Below, in pieces: positions 1-13,302 of a stretch of 64,000 nucleotides of DNA. This stretch comes from an uncultured delta proteobacterium (lineage in GTDB: Bacteria; Desulfobacterota; Syntrophia; Syntrophales; UBA2185): positions 640,001-704,000 of the forward strand of contig CAVSPA010000005.1 in the NCBI GenBank assembly GCA_963729715.1, given 5' to 3'. The translations under genes and the position numbers were made by a program. Below the pieces are notes generated by a model. The model was not told the DNA's origin, ran no database searches, and saw only the letters and a list, made by a program, of their open reading frames with translations. How positions within the stretch are numbered: the stretch's first letter is position 1; each line of letters starts with the position of its first letter.

Positions 1-561
1 TAAGGTTATTGTCATTCTCGAAGCCTGTACACCGCGCATTTTAATAAGATTCATGCGTGTATCTATATTATTTTCGGCCTTCGTACGGATATCACGCAAC
101 GCTGTGGCCATATCTTCAATGGCTTTTTGACTATCCGCTTCGGAAATCTTGGTTGCATCCTCTATGTGATTGCCATTAACAAGTGTTACGGTCTGATTAA
201 AAAGGTCATCATACTGCTTATGCAGTAATGAAATTGTCGATAGTGTCTTTGCCATCCCGGGGATATCATTCTTCCTTAGATTGTCAAGACTGTCACTGAA
301 TTCATGGCTTCGCGACCAGAACAGCTCTGCGATTGACGGGTCTTTAAGAATAAGATATCTTTTCTCTGCGCTTTCCTGGGCAAGGAGCGCATCCATCATT
401 GTCTTGCTCGTATCGACAACAATGAAATCCTCATCGATTATTGCATATGCCAATTCATTGAGATTATGAAGGCTGAAGATCGCGTAGGCGCTTGCCAGAA
501 TGGCAAGCAACGCCATGGCCAAGTAACTCGCGAGCAATTTTCCGCTTATTGTAAATTTCAT
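1..561 (-). CDS. Partial membrane sensor protein (histidine kinase or chemoreceptor N-terminus with periplasmic helical-bundle domain); runs off the left edge
   Basis: Manual translation from ATG at 561: MKFTISGKLLASYLAMALLAILASAYAIFSLHNLNELAYAIIDEDF...ALLAQESAEKRYLILKD; TM helix then helical sensor, no stop before position 1. Not in ORF track. Confidence 0.75.
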   Translation of the reverse strand, partial: MKFTISGKLLASYLAMALLAILASAYAIFSLHNLNELAYAIIDEDFIVVDTSKTMMDALLAQESAEKRYLILKDPSIAELFWSRSHEFSDSLDNLRKNDIPGMAKTLSTISLLHKQYDDLFNQTVTLVNGNHIEDATKISEADSQKAIEDMATALRDIRTKAENNIDTRMNLIKMRGVQASRMTITL

Positions 562-729
562 TACCCTTACCGCTATTCAGTTCTCCTCGTATACGGCAGA
601 GCATCAAGTACCATATCCCGCCGATTTCCGCAAAGCAGAAAATCTCCTTCCGTGCCTAATGTTTGTTGCCCCCTGTATTAAGTTTTGGTATATTAGAAAA
701 AATCTTAGTGCAAAGTGGAGGCGATATCG

Positions 730-2037
730 ATGATATATAATGAAGATTTCGAAACGTTGCCCCGCGAGGTTTTAGAAACCCTGCAGTTGAAGAGGTTGCA
801 GCAGGTTGCGCAGCGTGTCTATCATACGGTTGGCTTTTACAAAAAGGCTTTCGATAAGGCCGGCGTGCAGCCGGATGACATCAAGACACTGCCGGACATA
901 AAGCGGCTTCCCTTCACGACGAAGCAGGACCTGAGAGATAACTATCCTTTCGGGCTCTTTGCTGCACCGATGAGCAGTGTGGTGAGGCTTCATGCTTCTT
1001 CCGGCACAACCGGCAGGGCGATCGTCGTCGGCTACACGAAAAGGGACGTTGATACATGGTCGGAGCTGATGGCCAGATGCTTTGTGGCCGCCGGCCTGAC
1101 CAAGAATGACATCATCCATAACGCATACGGATATGGCCTCTTCACCGGCGGTCTCGGCGCCCATTACGGCGCGGAGAGGCTTGGCGCCAGCGTAATACCC
1201 ATGTCAGGCGGCAATACAAAGAGGCAGATAATGATCTTGCAGGACTTCGGCCCCACGGCAATCTGCTGCACGCCTTCTTACGCGCTGAACCTAGCAGAGC
1301 AGGGTACGGCCATGGGTGTTGACATGCGGTCACTAAAGCTCCGTGTCGGCATTTTTGGCGCCGAGCCGTGGTCTGAAAATATGAGGGACGAAATAGAGGG
1401 TAAATTGAATCTTGCCGCTCTGGATATCTACGGCATCTCGGAGGTTATGGGGCCCGGTGTTTCCATGGAGTGCATGGAAGGACGTTCCGGCATGCATGTA
1501 TTTGAGGATCACTTCATCGTGGAGGTGATCAATCCGGAAACGGGCGAGACATTGCCATACGGCGAAGAGGGAGAACTGGTCTTCACCACCATCACGAAGG
1601 AGGCATTCCCTATCATCCGGTATCGAACCCGCGACATATCCCGCCTGATCGCCGAACCCTGCCGCTGCGGCAGGAGCCACATCAAGATGGCCCGGGTCAC
1701 CGGCAGGAGTGACGACATGCTTATTATCAGAGGCGTAAATGTCTTCCCGTCTCAGATCGAGGCAGTTCTCGTAGGCATCACAGGACTCGAACCGCATTAT
1801 CAACTAATTGTGGACAGGGTCGGCGCCATGGACACCCTGGAGGTCCAGGTTGAGGTAAGCGAAAAGGCATTTGCAAACGCAGACGAGATCCGCTATCTGC
1901 AGAATTTAGAAAAAGGCCTCGCCAAAGACTTGAAGGACTATCTCGGCGTGACAGCCAAAATAAAATTGGTAGAACCCAAATCCTTGCAGCGTTCTGAAGG
2001 TAAGGCCAACCGGATAATTGATAAACGAAAGATGTAG
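730..2037 (+). CDS. paaK: Phenylacetate-CoA ligase family protein
   Basis: [50 protein letters not shown] motifs; ATG 730 after GGAGG. Confidence 0.92.
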   Translation: MIYNEDFETLPREVLETLQLKRLQQVAQRVYHTVGFYKKAFDKAGVQPDDIKTLPDIKRLPFTTKQDLRDNYPFGLFAAPMSSVVRLHASSGTTGRAIVVGYTKRDVDTWSELMARCFVAAGLTKNDIIHNAYGYGLFTGGLGAHYGAERLGASVIPMSGGNTKRQIMILQDFGPTAICCTPSYALNLAEQGTAMGVDMRSLKLRVGIFGAEPWSENMRDEIEGKLNLAALDIYGISEVMGPGVSMECMEGRSGMHVFEDHFIVEVINPETGETLPYGEEGELVFTTITKEAFPIIRYRTRDISRLIAEPCRCGRSHIKMARVTGRSDDMLIIRGVNVFPSQIEAVLVGITGLEPHYQLIVDRVGAMDTLEVQVEVSEKAFANADEIRYLQNLEKGLAKDLKDYLGVTAKIKLVEPKSLQRSEGKANRIIDKRKM

Positions 2038-2086
2038 GGGAAGCTCTCACTTACTCTTTTTCCCTCGAAATCAATTAGGAGGACAT

Positions 2087-2518
2087 ATGAAAGTAGAACA
2101 GATATCCATATTCCTGGAGAATAAACCAGGAGCGCTCGAAAGCGTCATGCGGCTGCTGAAGGATGCTGATATTAATATCAGGAGCCTCTCTCTTGCTGAT
2201 ACGTCCGATTTCGGAATCCTCCGGCTGATTGTGAATGATACAAACAAGGCACTCAAGGTGCTGAATGACAATGGTTTGAGAGTCAGCCGGACAAGCGTAG
2301 TGGCTGTGGAAGTCCCTGACCGTCCGGGCGGTCTTCACCGTATCCTGGCAACGCTGGCGCAGCATGGAATCAACGTGGAATACCTGTACGCGTTCATCGA
2401 AAAAAGCGGCGAGAATGCTGTGATCATTTTCCGTTTCGATGCTCCGGATGATGCCGTTGAGGTCCTTTCAAAAAATGGGTTTTCTGTCCTGCCCGGAGAG
2501 AGGCTGTATTCTTTTTAA
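2087..2518 (+). CDS. Tandem ACT-domain protein typically paired with paaK
   Basis: [17 protein letters not shown]...[10 protein letters not shown]...[18 protein letters not shown] before ATG 2087. Confidence 0.9.
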   Translation: MKVEQISIFLENKPGALESVMRLLKDADINIRSLSLADTSDFGILRLIVNDTNKALKVLNDNGLRVSRTSVVAVEVPDRPGGLHRILATLAQHGINVEYLYAFIEKSGENAVIIFRFDAPDDAVEVLSKNGFSVLPGERLYSF

Positions 2519-2586
2519 GTATGATAATCCCGTAACAAGGTGTCTGGTCCAAGAATGAAAAATCTAGTAGAAAAGGAGGTATTTGC

Positions 2587-3288
2587 ATGAAGACACAGAC
2601 TCGCTCACTAAACCAGTTGGTTGATAAACAATTGAAAAGCTGGCAGGGCGCAACCGTGGAGCGGAAATCTGTGAAGTCAAAGCCTGGTCCTGTTATCACC
2701 GTCTCGAGAGAGCCGGGGAGCGGCGGCAGCGAGATATCGAGAAGGCTCGCGGAAAAACTGAAGATGGACCTCCTAGGCGCGCAAATCATACAGAAGATCG
2801 CGGAAAGCGCCAATATGAGTGCAAAGGTTATCGAGTCGCTCGATGAGAAGGAAGTCACCAGGCGCGATGACTGGTTGAGCGCTCTATTCGAAACACGCCA
2901 CCTTTGGGTAGATGATTATCTTCACCACCTCACAAAGGTCATCGGCACATTCGGAAGGCAAGGCAACATGATCATCGTAGGCAGAGGCGCTCAGTATATC
3001 CTGCCTCCTGACGACACTTTCAGATTGCGTTTCATCGCCCCCATGGAAACCAAAATTGAAAATGTGATGCACCATTCCGACTGCACCAAGGAAAACGCGA
3101 AAAAATACGTCATAAAGACAGATTCAGACCGCCGTGCATACTTGCGCAAGTACTTCAACGCCGATGTAACGGACCCTTCACACTACGACATGGTTCTGAA
3201 CACTGGGAAAATCGGCATAGACGGTTCTGTCGAAGCGGTTGCTATTGCTTTCACTTTGTGGAAACAGAAGCGCGACCGCAACCCGTAA
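2587..3288 (+). CDS. Cytidylate kinase-like family protein
   Basis: VITVSREPGSGGSEI, IIVGRGAQYIL, DxxRRAY, YDMVLNT. Confidence 0.88.
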   Translation: MKTQTRSLNQLVDKQLKSWQGATVERKSVKSKPGPVITVSREPGSGGSEISRRLAEKLKMDLLGAQIIQKIAESANMSAKVIESLDEKEVTRRDDWLSALFETRHLWVDDYLHHLTKVIGTFGRQGNMIIVGRGAQYILPPDDTFRLRFIAPMETKIENVMHHSDCTKENAKKYVIKTDSDRRAYLRKYFNADVTDPSHYDMVLNTGKIGIDGSVEAVAIAFTLWKQKRDRNP

Positions 3289-3441
3289 TGGGCATGACCT
3301 GCTGCCGTAGTCGTCGTTCCCGTCCCGGAGAACGACATCCGGAGGCACCCTCCCGCAGACACCGGTGCATTCAGTTTTGATAAACTATCAAAATAGATGA
3401 AGCAACCAGATGATATTGGATAGCAAAAGCGACGTTCAAAC

Positions 3442-4281
3442 ATGAAGAAGATCGGTATAGCCCTGGGTGCAGGCGGCGCCAAAGGATTGGCACATGTGCT
3501 GATACTCGAAGCACTGGATGAACTTGCATTAAAGCCATCTTATGTCACGGGAACCAGTACCGGCGCCATTGTGGGCGTTCTATATTGTTCGGGATTGAGT
3601 GCGAAGGACTTAAGGCAGGTTATCAGCCATATAAGTATTGGTGAAAACGATACACTGAAAGACGTTATGACCAAGAAACATATGTTCAAGTGGCTCAATT
3701 TTATGGCGCCACAATTTGACGGCCATGGTTTCCTAAATGCGGAACGGTTCATAAACTATCTCTTCGAATCCATCGGGGCGAGGACTTTCGAGGAGCTCGT
3801 CATTCCTTTGCGGGTCGTCGCTTCAGATTTTTGGACTCGCGAGCAGGTGGTGCTTGACAAGGGAGAATTGGTGCCGGCCATACAGGCAAGCATGTCGCTA
3901 CCCGGAGTGTTCACTCCCGTCACCATGGGGGAGAATGTCTTAATCGATGGCGGAGCGGTTAATCCCGTGCCCTTTGACCTCTTGCCAAGCGATTGCGATC
4001 TCACCATTGCCGTTGATGTTATCGGACGCCGTGACGCAGGACCGGACCGTATGCCGTCTCTGCAGGAAGCAATTTTTAACACATTCCAAATCATGGAGAG
4101 AAGCATCGTCCGCGAAAAATTGCGCAATTCATCGCCGGACATTTACATTGAGATTGAAATTTCAAATATTCGTGCGTTGGAATTCTACAAGGCGGACCAG
4201 GTGTTTAAACAGGCGCAAACGGCCAAGGATCAGCTTAAACGTGAATTGGAGAAGCGAATCTATTTCCACAACAGTTCCTAA
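3442..4281 (+). CDS. Patatin-like phospholipase
   Basis: LGAGGAKGLAH, GTSTG nucleophile motif, DGG motif. Confidence 0.9.
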   Translation: MKKIGIALGAGGAKGLAHVLILEALDELALKPSYVTGTSTGAIVGVLYCSGLSAKDLRQVISHISIGENDTLKDVMTKKHMFKWLNFMAPQFDGHGFLNAERFINYLFESIGARTFEELVIPLRVVASDFWTREQVVLDKGELVPAIQASMSLPGVFTPVTMGENVLIDGGAVNPVPFDLLPSDCDLTIAVDVIGRRDAGPDRMPSLQEAIFNTFQIMERSIVREKLRNSSPDIYIEIEISNIRALEFYKADQVFKQAQTAKDQLKRELEKRIYFHNSS

Positions 4282-4290
4282 TGCGGACTG

Positions 4291-5730
4291 TCACCCTTTG
4301 ATACATCCCAATGCCCGGAGTTTTGCGACCTTCCTGGAGATGCCGGATCTGTGAACTACATCCACTACCTGATCTAAATCTTTATACGCCTCTGGCAGCT
4401 CCTCGCTGAGGGTTCCTCTCCCCGTGGCCATGACAACGATGCCCTTGGCTGCCATTTCGCGCTCTATTGATCTCCCGCGGCTTGCTTTTTTCGCCTGGGT
4501 GCGGCTCATGACGCGCCCGGCGCCGTGGCAGGTGCTTCCAAAGGTCTCCGCAAAGGCTTTCTCCGTCCCCGCAAGCACGTACGAGCCCGTTCCCATATCG
4601 CCGGGTATTAATACAGGCTGGCCTATATGGGCGTGCCGCGCCGAAAGCGCCGGATGCCCGGGAGGAAAGGCCCGGGTAGCTCCTTTTCTGTGCACGCATA
4701 GCTTCGTTTCTTTGCCATCGACGATAAATGTTTCGATCTTGGCGATATTATGGCAAACATCGTAAAGCAATCTCATACCTAAATCGCGGGGACCTTTTTT
4801 CAAGGTACGTTCGAACGTCTCACGTGTCCAGTGCATTATCATCTGACGGTTGGCCCAGGCATAATTGGCGGCACAGGCCATAGCGGCAAGGTATTCCTTC
4901 CCCCGATTTGACGTGAGATATGCGCAGGCAAGCTGCCTGTCGGGAAGGGGAACCTCCAGTTCGCCAAGATGCTTGACCATCCTTGCCAGATAATCATCGC
5001 AGACTTGATAGCCAAGTCCCCGGGAACCGCTATGAATGAGAACGCAGATCTGATCCTCCTCAAGGCCAAAGGCAGCCGCGGCTTTTTTGTCGAAGATCTC
5101 CTCGACGACCTCGATCTCCAGAAAATGGTTACCCGATCCGAGTGTGCCCAGCTGCTCCCGTCCGCGCTCAATAGCCCTTGTGCTTATCATTTCGGGATCG
5201 GCGCCTGGTATCTTACCTCTGTCTTCCGTGGCCTCCAGATCATCATGTGTGCCGTATCCTCGCTCCACCGCCCATTTGGCCCCTTCGATGAGAACCTTTT
5301 TTTCTTCATTCGCGGAAAGCTTGAGGTCGCTCTTCGAGCCCACACCTGTAGGGATATGATGATACAGGCCGGTTATCAGATCCCTTAAACGATCCCTTAT
5401 GTCTTCATGCGCCAGGCGGGTCGTCACCAGCCTGCATCCGCAGTTGATATCATAGCCCACGCCGCCCGGAGAAATAACTCCGTCCTGAAGACCGAAAGCC
5501 GCAACACCGCCTATCGGGAAACCATAACCCCAGTGCATATCAGGCATGGCCAGAGAATATTTCACAATCCCGGGGAGCTGCGCTACATTGGCCACCTGCT
5601 TCGGGCTTTCGTCCGAACCCATTTCCCGGATGAGGCGTTCACTCGAATAAATGATCCCGGGAACCCTCATGTTGCCCGTCTGCGGAATCATCCACCGGCA
5701 ATCGTCAAGCTTCTTGAGTTCAGACATCAA
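4291..5730 (-). CDS. rtcB: RtcB RNA ligase (long, archaeal-like type)
   Basis: MPDMHWGYGFPIGGV, GYDINCG, GTLGSGNHF, HSGSRG, HNIAK, HRKGATRAF, STCHGAGR. Confidence 0.95.
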   Translation of the reverse strand: MMSELKKLDDCRWMIPQTGNMRVPGIIYSSERLIREMGSDESPKQVANVAQLPGIVKYSLAMPDMHWGYGFPIGGVAAFGLQDGVISPGGVGYDINCGCRLVTTRLAHEDIRDRLRDLITGLYHHIPTGVGSKSDLKLSANEEKKVLIEGAKWAVERGYGTHDDLEATEDRGKIPGADPEMISTRAIERGREQLGTLGSGNHFLEIEVVEEIFDKKAAAAFGLEEDQICVLIHSGSRGLGYQVCDDYLARMVKHLGELEVPLPDRQLACAYLTSNRGKEYLAAMACAANYAWANRQMIMHWTRETFERTLKKGPRDLGMRLLYDVCHNIAKIETFIVDGKETKLCVHRKGATRAFPPGHPALSARHAHIGQPVLIPGDMGTGSYVLAGTEKAFAETFGSTCHGAGRVMSRTQAKKASRGRSIEREMAAKGIVVMATGRGTLSEELPEAYKDLDQVVDVVHRSGISRKVAKLRALGCIKG

Positions 5731-6136
5731 AAATCACCCTTCCCGTCCACATGCCCCGATCTCCTCTCACGGCTGCCTGGTGATACGTTACCGCCTTGAT
5801 CTCCGTATTTATCGTATGCTTTGCGGGATCAAATGGCTCCCCCGCCACCTTCCCTTCCAAATGCCGCGGGTCGATATCAACCACGGAGAACTCTTTGAGC
5901 AAGAGTCCTTCGCCGTTATACATATAGAGAACCTCCCGCAGATAGTTCACCAGAAGATCTTCCCAGCCTTCACCATCAACAACTATTTTTCTTTCTACGA
6001 CTGGACTAACATGCGAGAGGTCGGCAAGAATGTCAAAGACGGCAAAGGCGGCATTGGCAAATAACTCATCTGCCGTTTTGCCGTATACCTCCACTCCTAA
6101 ATCCGCCGTGTGATCAAACAGCTTGTATCTATGCAT
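5720..6136 (-). CDS. Archease (RtcB activator)
   Basis: N-terminal DHTAD, EIKAVTYH, C-terminal IFDV; overlaps rtcB start. Confidence 0.93.
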   Translation of the reverse strand: MHRYKLFDHTADLGVEVYGKTADELFANAAFAVFDILADLSHVSPVVERKIVVDGEGWEDLLVNYLREVLYMYNGEGLLLKEFSVVDIDPRHLEGKVAGEPFDPAKHTINTEIKAVTYHQAAVRGDRGMWTGRVIFDV

Positions 6137-6246
6137 TTCGGGTAATCGCCGTTTTCGCAGTAAGCTACGGCAGGCTCCAGTAGGGGTCGTCTATGCATTT
6201 TGCAATTCCCGCGCTGCGCGGGCACTGCGTCTGGATTCTCGATCAA

Positions 6247-7985
6247 GAGACTGTGTCATAATCAGGTTAATTTACAAACGGGCTCTTCGGCAAAAAGATA
6301 TCAGGTTTAGGAGAAAAAGCTGTAACACAAGCCACATTGATATGATAGAGTTTTTCCGAAAGGAGAAACAGCATGGCATATCGAAGTGGCGATCGTCAGC
6401 AGATGAGTTTACTTCCCCAGAGCATTGAAGAATATGTGGCTGAGGATGATCCTGTCAGGGCCTATGACGCCTTTGTTGAAGCTGTTGATTTCCATGAACC
6501 GGGAATCAATATCAATCCGTACAAGGTAGGCCATGCCGAATACGATCCCCGGTCAATGCTCAAGCTGCTTGTATATGGCTATTCGTACGGCGTGAAGAGT
6601 TCCCGTAAGCTGGAGAGGGAGTGTTACCATAACATAGCCTTTATCTGGCTCATGGGCGGTTTGAAACCTGACCATAAGACGATAGCGGAGTTCCGGCGCC
6701 GGAACAAGAAAGCGTTGAAAAAGGTTTTACGACACTGTGCCCAGGTATGCATCAAACTGGAACTGATCGCGGGTAATATCTTATTTGTTGACGGTACGAA
6801 GATCCGTGCTAATGCATCACGTGACCGGACCCATAACCGGGCTTATTATGAAAAGCTTTTGGTCGATATAGACTGCCGTATTGAGCAGTTGCTCGCCGAT
6901 TGTGAGACTACCGACAAGTCAGAGGAAGGCACATCCTCTGAGGTTGCGATGGACAAAGAGTTGGCTAAGAATCAGAATTTGAAAGAGCGGATCAAGGAGG
7001 CCCTTAAATCTTTTGCATCAAGCGATAGGAAGCAAGTCAATCAGACTGATCCTGATTGCGCCATGATGCACAGTGTTCAGGGCAGTCATGCCGGTTATAA
7101 TGTCCAGAGCGTAGTGGATGATGAACACGGCCTTATCGTTCAGGCAGAAGCGGTAAGCGACGCCAACGATGTACGGCAGTTTGCCCGGCAGATCGATCAG
7201 GCCAATGAACTGTTGGAGGCGCCCTGCAAAGTGGCGTGCGCCGATGCCGGATATAGGGATACCGTTGAATTGGAGAAGATTGATCAACAGGAGATAAAGG
7301 TTATTGTTCCATCACAGCGGCAAGCATTACACGAGGCAGAAAGTCCATTCAGCAAGAGCCATTTTACCTATGATAAAGAGATGGATTGCTATATATGCCC
7401 GGAAGGACACAGATTGCTTTATAGTTTTACCAATAAGAGAAAAGGCAAGCGGCAATATCGGATGGAAGATAAGAAGTTGTGCCATCACTGTCGGCATTAT
7501 GGTCATTGTACCAAAGCCCGTAGTGGCCGTAATGTTATCCGGTTGCGCAATGAGGACGTAAAGATAAAACTGGAAGCTCAGTATGAGGAGGAATCATCTC
7601 AGAAGATTTACGCCCGCAGGAAAACCAGAGTCGAGCATCCCTTCGGCCATATTCGACGGAACTTAAAAACCGATGCTTTTCTTTTGCGAGGCCGAGATGG
7701 TGTTCAAGCCGAAACCTCACTTTTAGCAACCTGCTTCAATGTTGCACGCATGATTACGATCTTTGGAGTTGGGGTACTGAGAGAAAAGCTGGTAGCCTTG
7801 AATACGGTTCCAGTTGCCGCGTGATGTGACGGGTAAGTCTAACTGTGCATGCCACAAAGCAGACACGGATATGAGTTGACAGCGCCTGAAATCTTTTCAT
7901 GTTACAGCGCGTGACGATTTCCTAATATTTTTTTGTCAAAGAGCGCTTATGTTACAAAGTGCCTAATCTATTATGACACAGTCTC
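6247..7985 (+). mobile_element. IS1182-family insertion sequence
   Basis: Perfect 16-bp terminal inverted repeats GAGACTGTGTCATAAT (6247-6262, 7970-7985); CAA on both flanks (6244-6246, 7986-7988); one transposase inside. Confidence 0.92.
6373..7824 (+). CDS. IS1182-family DDE transposase
   Basis: YDPRSMLKLLVYGY..SSRKLE, PDHKTIAEFRR, VDGTKIRANA, TDPD, ADAGY, CPEG, VEHPFG. Confidence 0.93.
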   Translation: MAYRSGDRQQMSLLPQSIEEYVAEDDPVRAYDAFVEAVDFHEPGININPYKVGHAEYDPRSMLKLLVYGYSYGVKSSRKLERECYHNIAFIWLMGGLKPDHKTIAEFRRRNKKALKKVLRHCAQVCIKLELIAGNILFVDGTKIRANASRDRTHNRAYYEKLLVDIDCRIEQLLADCETTDKSEEGTSSEVAMDKELAKNQNLKERIKEALKSFASSDRKQVNQTDPDCAMMHSVQGSHAGYNVQSVVDDEHGLIVQAEAVSDANDVRQFARQIDQANELLEAPCKVACADAGYRDTVELEKIDQQEIKVIVPSQRQALHEAESPFSKSHFTYDKEMDCYICPEGHRLLYSFTNKRKGKRQYRMEDKKLCHHCRHYGHCTKARSGRNVIRLRNEDVKIKLEAQYEEESSQKIYARRKTRVEHPFGHIRRNLKTDAFLLRGRDGVQAETSLLATCFNVARMITIFGVGVLREKLVALNTVPVAA

Positions 7986-8063
7986 CAAGTCGGGAACGAC
8001 ACGTGGTCCTGTTGAGACTGCCACGCTTAATTTTTTCACTCTCAATGGCAAGCAAGAATTACG

Positions 8064-10583
8064 TCACACTTTTTCTTCATCGTCCGCAGATAATTCTAGC
8101 TCGTTTATGGTTTCTTCATCTGCATCTTCCTGCGGCAAGCCATTATCCTTTTCTTCCGGTTCCCTCTCGGCGCGGGCGACACCAACCAGCTTCTCTTCAG
8201 GATCAATCTCAATCAGTCTTACTCCTTGAGTACTTCTATGAAGGAGAGGAACTTCTGCAACCTTCAGACGTATGATCTTTCCGGCGTTGCTGATCAGCAT
8301 AATATCTTCATCGCCCGTAACCTGAAGGACCCCTGAAACATTTCCTACCTTGGAAACTGTTTTGAGATTTATAACCCCTTGGCCGCCGCGGCTTTGCCGC
8401 CGGTATTCTTCCACTTCGGTGCGCTTGCCATAGCCGTTTTCGGAAACTGTTATAATAGAATTGCCTTCCGATGGTATCTCCATCCCGACCACGGCATCAT
8501 CATCGTCCATGCGAATGCCGATAACGCCCCTGGCCGTTCTCCCCATATCCCGGACGTCATCTTCATGGAAAAGGATGGACTGGCCTTTTCTCGTCCCCAA
8601 AAAGACATCCTGATCTCCGTGGGTCAACTGGACGGCAATCAGCTCGTCTCCTTCGTCAATGGATATGGCGATGATTCCTCCGGACCGCGGGTTCGAATAG
8701 GCTGCGAGATCGGTCTTTTTTGCTATGCCTTTCCTCGTCACCATAATCACATACTTCCCCTCGACGAACTCTTGGACAGGAAGTATCGCCGCCACCCGTT
8801 CTCCCGGCGACAGATTGACGAGGTTGACAATTGCCTTTCCTTTCGATGCGCGTCCGGCCTGGGGAATCTGGTAAACTTTGAGCCAGTATACCCTTCCCAA
8901 GTTCGTAAAGATCAGTATATAGTTATGGGTGGAGGCGATGAATATCTTCTCGACAAAATCCTCCTCCTTGGTTCCCATTCCGACCTTCCCCTTGCCGCCG
9001 CGGCGCTGGCTTCTGTAAAGGCTCACGGCGTTCCTCTTAATATAGCCAGAGTGGGACACGGTCACCACCATGTCTTCTTCCACGATCATGTCCTCGATAT
9101 CAATATCCTCCACGCTTTCCACGATCTCCGTGCGTCTCTCATCGCCATACTTTTTCTTGATCTCTTCAAGTTCCGCCACGATGAGATCGAGCACCTTCTT
9201 GGTATCGTCCAGAATCCCCTGTAATTGGGCGACCAGCCGGATGAGTTCCGCGTACTCGTCATCGATCTTGGCCCGCTCGAGACCTGTAAGCCTCTGCAGG
9301 CGCATATCGAGGATAGCCCGCGCCTGGATCTCAGAAAGGCCAAACTTTTCCGTCAGGGCCTGCGTTGCCTCCTGGGGATTCTTGGATTTCTTGATGAGCT
9401 GAACTACGGCATCGATATTATTAAGGGCGATGATGAGTCCTTCCAGGATATGCGCCCGTTCCTTCGCTTTCCTGAGATCAAAGATCGTCCTGCGCGTGAT
9501 GACCTCCTTGCGGAAGTCCACAAATTTCTGGAGGACCTCTTTGAGATTGAGCACCTTCGGCTGGTTGCGGTCGATTGCGAGCATGATAACCCCGAAGCTC
9601 GTCCCCATCTGTGTATGCTTGTATAGCTGGTTGAGGATCACGCCGGAAGGCTCATCCTTCTTCAAGTCTATGACGATCCGTATTCCGTCCCGGTCCGATT
9701 CGTCCCTAAGATCGGAGATGCCTTCCATCTTCTTCTCTTTCACGAGTTCGGAAATCTTTTCAATGAGATTGGCCTTATTCACGAGGTAGGGGAGCTCAGT
9801 TACGACGATGCTTTCACGGTCGTTCCTCGCGTTTCTCTCGATGCTCGCCCTGGCCCTCATGCGTATGGAACCCCTGCCTGTAGTATACGCGGAGACGATC
9901 CCTTCCCTGCCGTTGATGAAACCGGCCGTCGGGAAATCAGGGCCTTTGATATGAACCATCAGTTCGGGAACCGTGATCTCCGGATCGCGGATCAGGGCTA
10001 TTGTCCCGTCGATGAGCTCGCTTAAGTTATGGGGCGGGATATTTGTCGCCACACCAACAGCGATCCCGGAAGTGCCGTTTAGCAGAAGCGCAGGCATACG
10101 CGCAGGCAGTACCGTAGGCTCCTCCATGGTGGCGTCATAGTTCGGAACAAAATCTACCGTTTCTTTTTCGAGGTCGGCAAGCATCTCCTCTGCAAGCCTC
10201 GCCATGCGGATCTCCGTGTAACGCATCGCCGCAGGCGGATCTCCATCGACGCTCCCGAAATTTCCCTGACCGTCAATCAGGGGATAGCGCATGGAGAAGT
10301 CCTGGGCCATGCGGACAAGGGTGTCATACGCAGCGGTATCGCCGTGAGGGTGATACTTACCGATGATATCCCCGACGATCCTGGCGGATTTCTTATAGGC
10401 CTTGTTCCAGACGTTCCCCATTTCCGACATGGCGAAGAGAACCCGGCGATGGACCGGTTTCATGCCGTCCCGAACATCCGGGATGGCGCGGCCGATTATC
10501 ACGCTCATCGCGTAATCCATGTAGGATTTTTTCATTTCATCTTCGATATTGATGGGGATGTTCTTCTGGAAAAGCTGCTCCAT
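8064..10583 (-). CDS. gyrA: DNA gyrase subunit A
   Basis: YHPHGD, AAMRYTE, GyrA box QRRGGKG, acidic tail; start taken at ATG 10583. Confidence 0.97.
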   Translation of the reverse strand: MEQLFQKNIPINIEDEMKKSYMDYAMSVIIGRAIPDVRDGMKPVHRRVLFAMSEMGNVWNKAYKKSARIVGDIIGKYHPHGDTAAYDTLVRMAQDFSMRYPLIDGQGNFGSVDGDPPAAMRYTEIRMARLAEEMLADLEKETVDFVPNYDATMEEPTVLPARMPALLLNGTSGIAVGVATNIPPHNLSELIDGTIALIRDPEITVPELMVHIKGPDFPTAGFINGREGIVSAYTTGRGSIRMRARASIERNARNDRESIVVTELPYLVNKANLIEKISELVKEKKMEGISDLRDESDRDGIRIVIDLKKDEPSGVILNQLYKHTQMGTSFGVIMLAIDRNQPKVLNLKEVLQKFVDFRKEVITRRTIFDLRKAKERAHILEGLIIALNNIDAVVQLIKKSKNPQEATQALTEKFGLSEIQARAILDMRLQRLTGLERAKIDDEYAELIRLVAQLQGILDDTKKVLDLIVAELEEIKKKYGDERRTEIVESVEDIDIEDMIVEEDMVVTVSHSGYIKRNAVSLYRSQRRGGKGKVGMGTKEEDFVEKIFIASTHNYILIFTNLGRVYWLKVYQIPQAGRASKGKAIVNLVNLSPGERVAAILPVQEFVEGKYVIMVTRKGIAKKTDLAAYSNPRSGGIIAISIDEGDELIAVQLTHGDQDVFLGTRKGQSILFHEDDVRDMGRTARGVIGIRMDDDDAVVGMEIPSEGNSIITVSENGYGKRTEVEEYRRQSRGGQGVINLKTVSKVGNVSGVLQVTGDEDIMLISNAGKIIRLKVAEVPLLHRSTQGVRLIEIDPEEKLVGVARAEREPEEKDNGLPQEDADEETINELELSADDEEKV

Positions 10584-10768
10584 AATTTTCAAGTCCTCAC
10601 TATACGTTTTAGCTTCTAAAAACACCTGCAATTTCAAGCATTAACGTGGCAGGTATTCTATAAAATTTTATACCACTTTTTGCCAAATAAGTCGCGTTAT
10701 TTTTTATCTTTTTGCCGGGTTAAAAAGAGGGGATTTCAGGCACGGCTGCTCACTAGGACAGTGTATCC

Positions 10769-13222
<2,454 letters not shown>

Positions 13223-13223
13223 C

Positions 13224-13291
13224 TATTGCGAGGAGGGCTGTAGCCCGGATGCGCAGTCTCCGTGCCAACGGCGCTCTACACCTCGCGATGA
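13224..13291. repeat. Degenerate palindromic intergenic repeat
   Basis: TATTGCGAGG...CCTCGCGATGA imperfect inverted ends; related half copy CACTGCGAGGCG near 53436. Confidence 0.45.
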
Positions 13292-13302
13292 GGCACGGTC
13301 GT

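Noticed and set aside
8379..9224. 281-aa plus-strand ORF and similar long overlapping ORFs (e.g. 25935-26738, 57514-58266)
   Set aside because: Antisense to gyrA, ilvD and the acyl-CoA dehydrogenase; expected from codon bias.
10330..10350. Gyr[13 protein letters not shown] with Thr at the E. coli Ser83 position
   Set aside because: Thr83 is a common wild-type state in many bacteria; not evidence of resistance.
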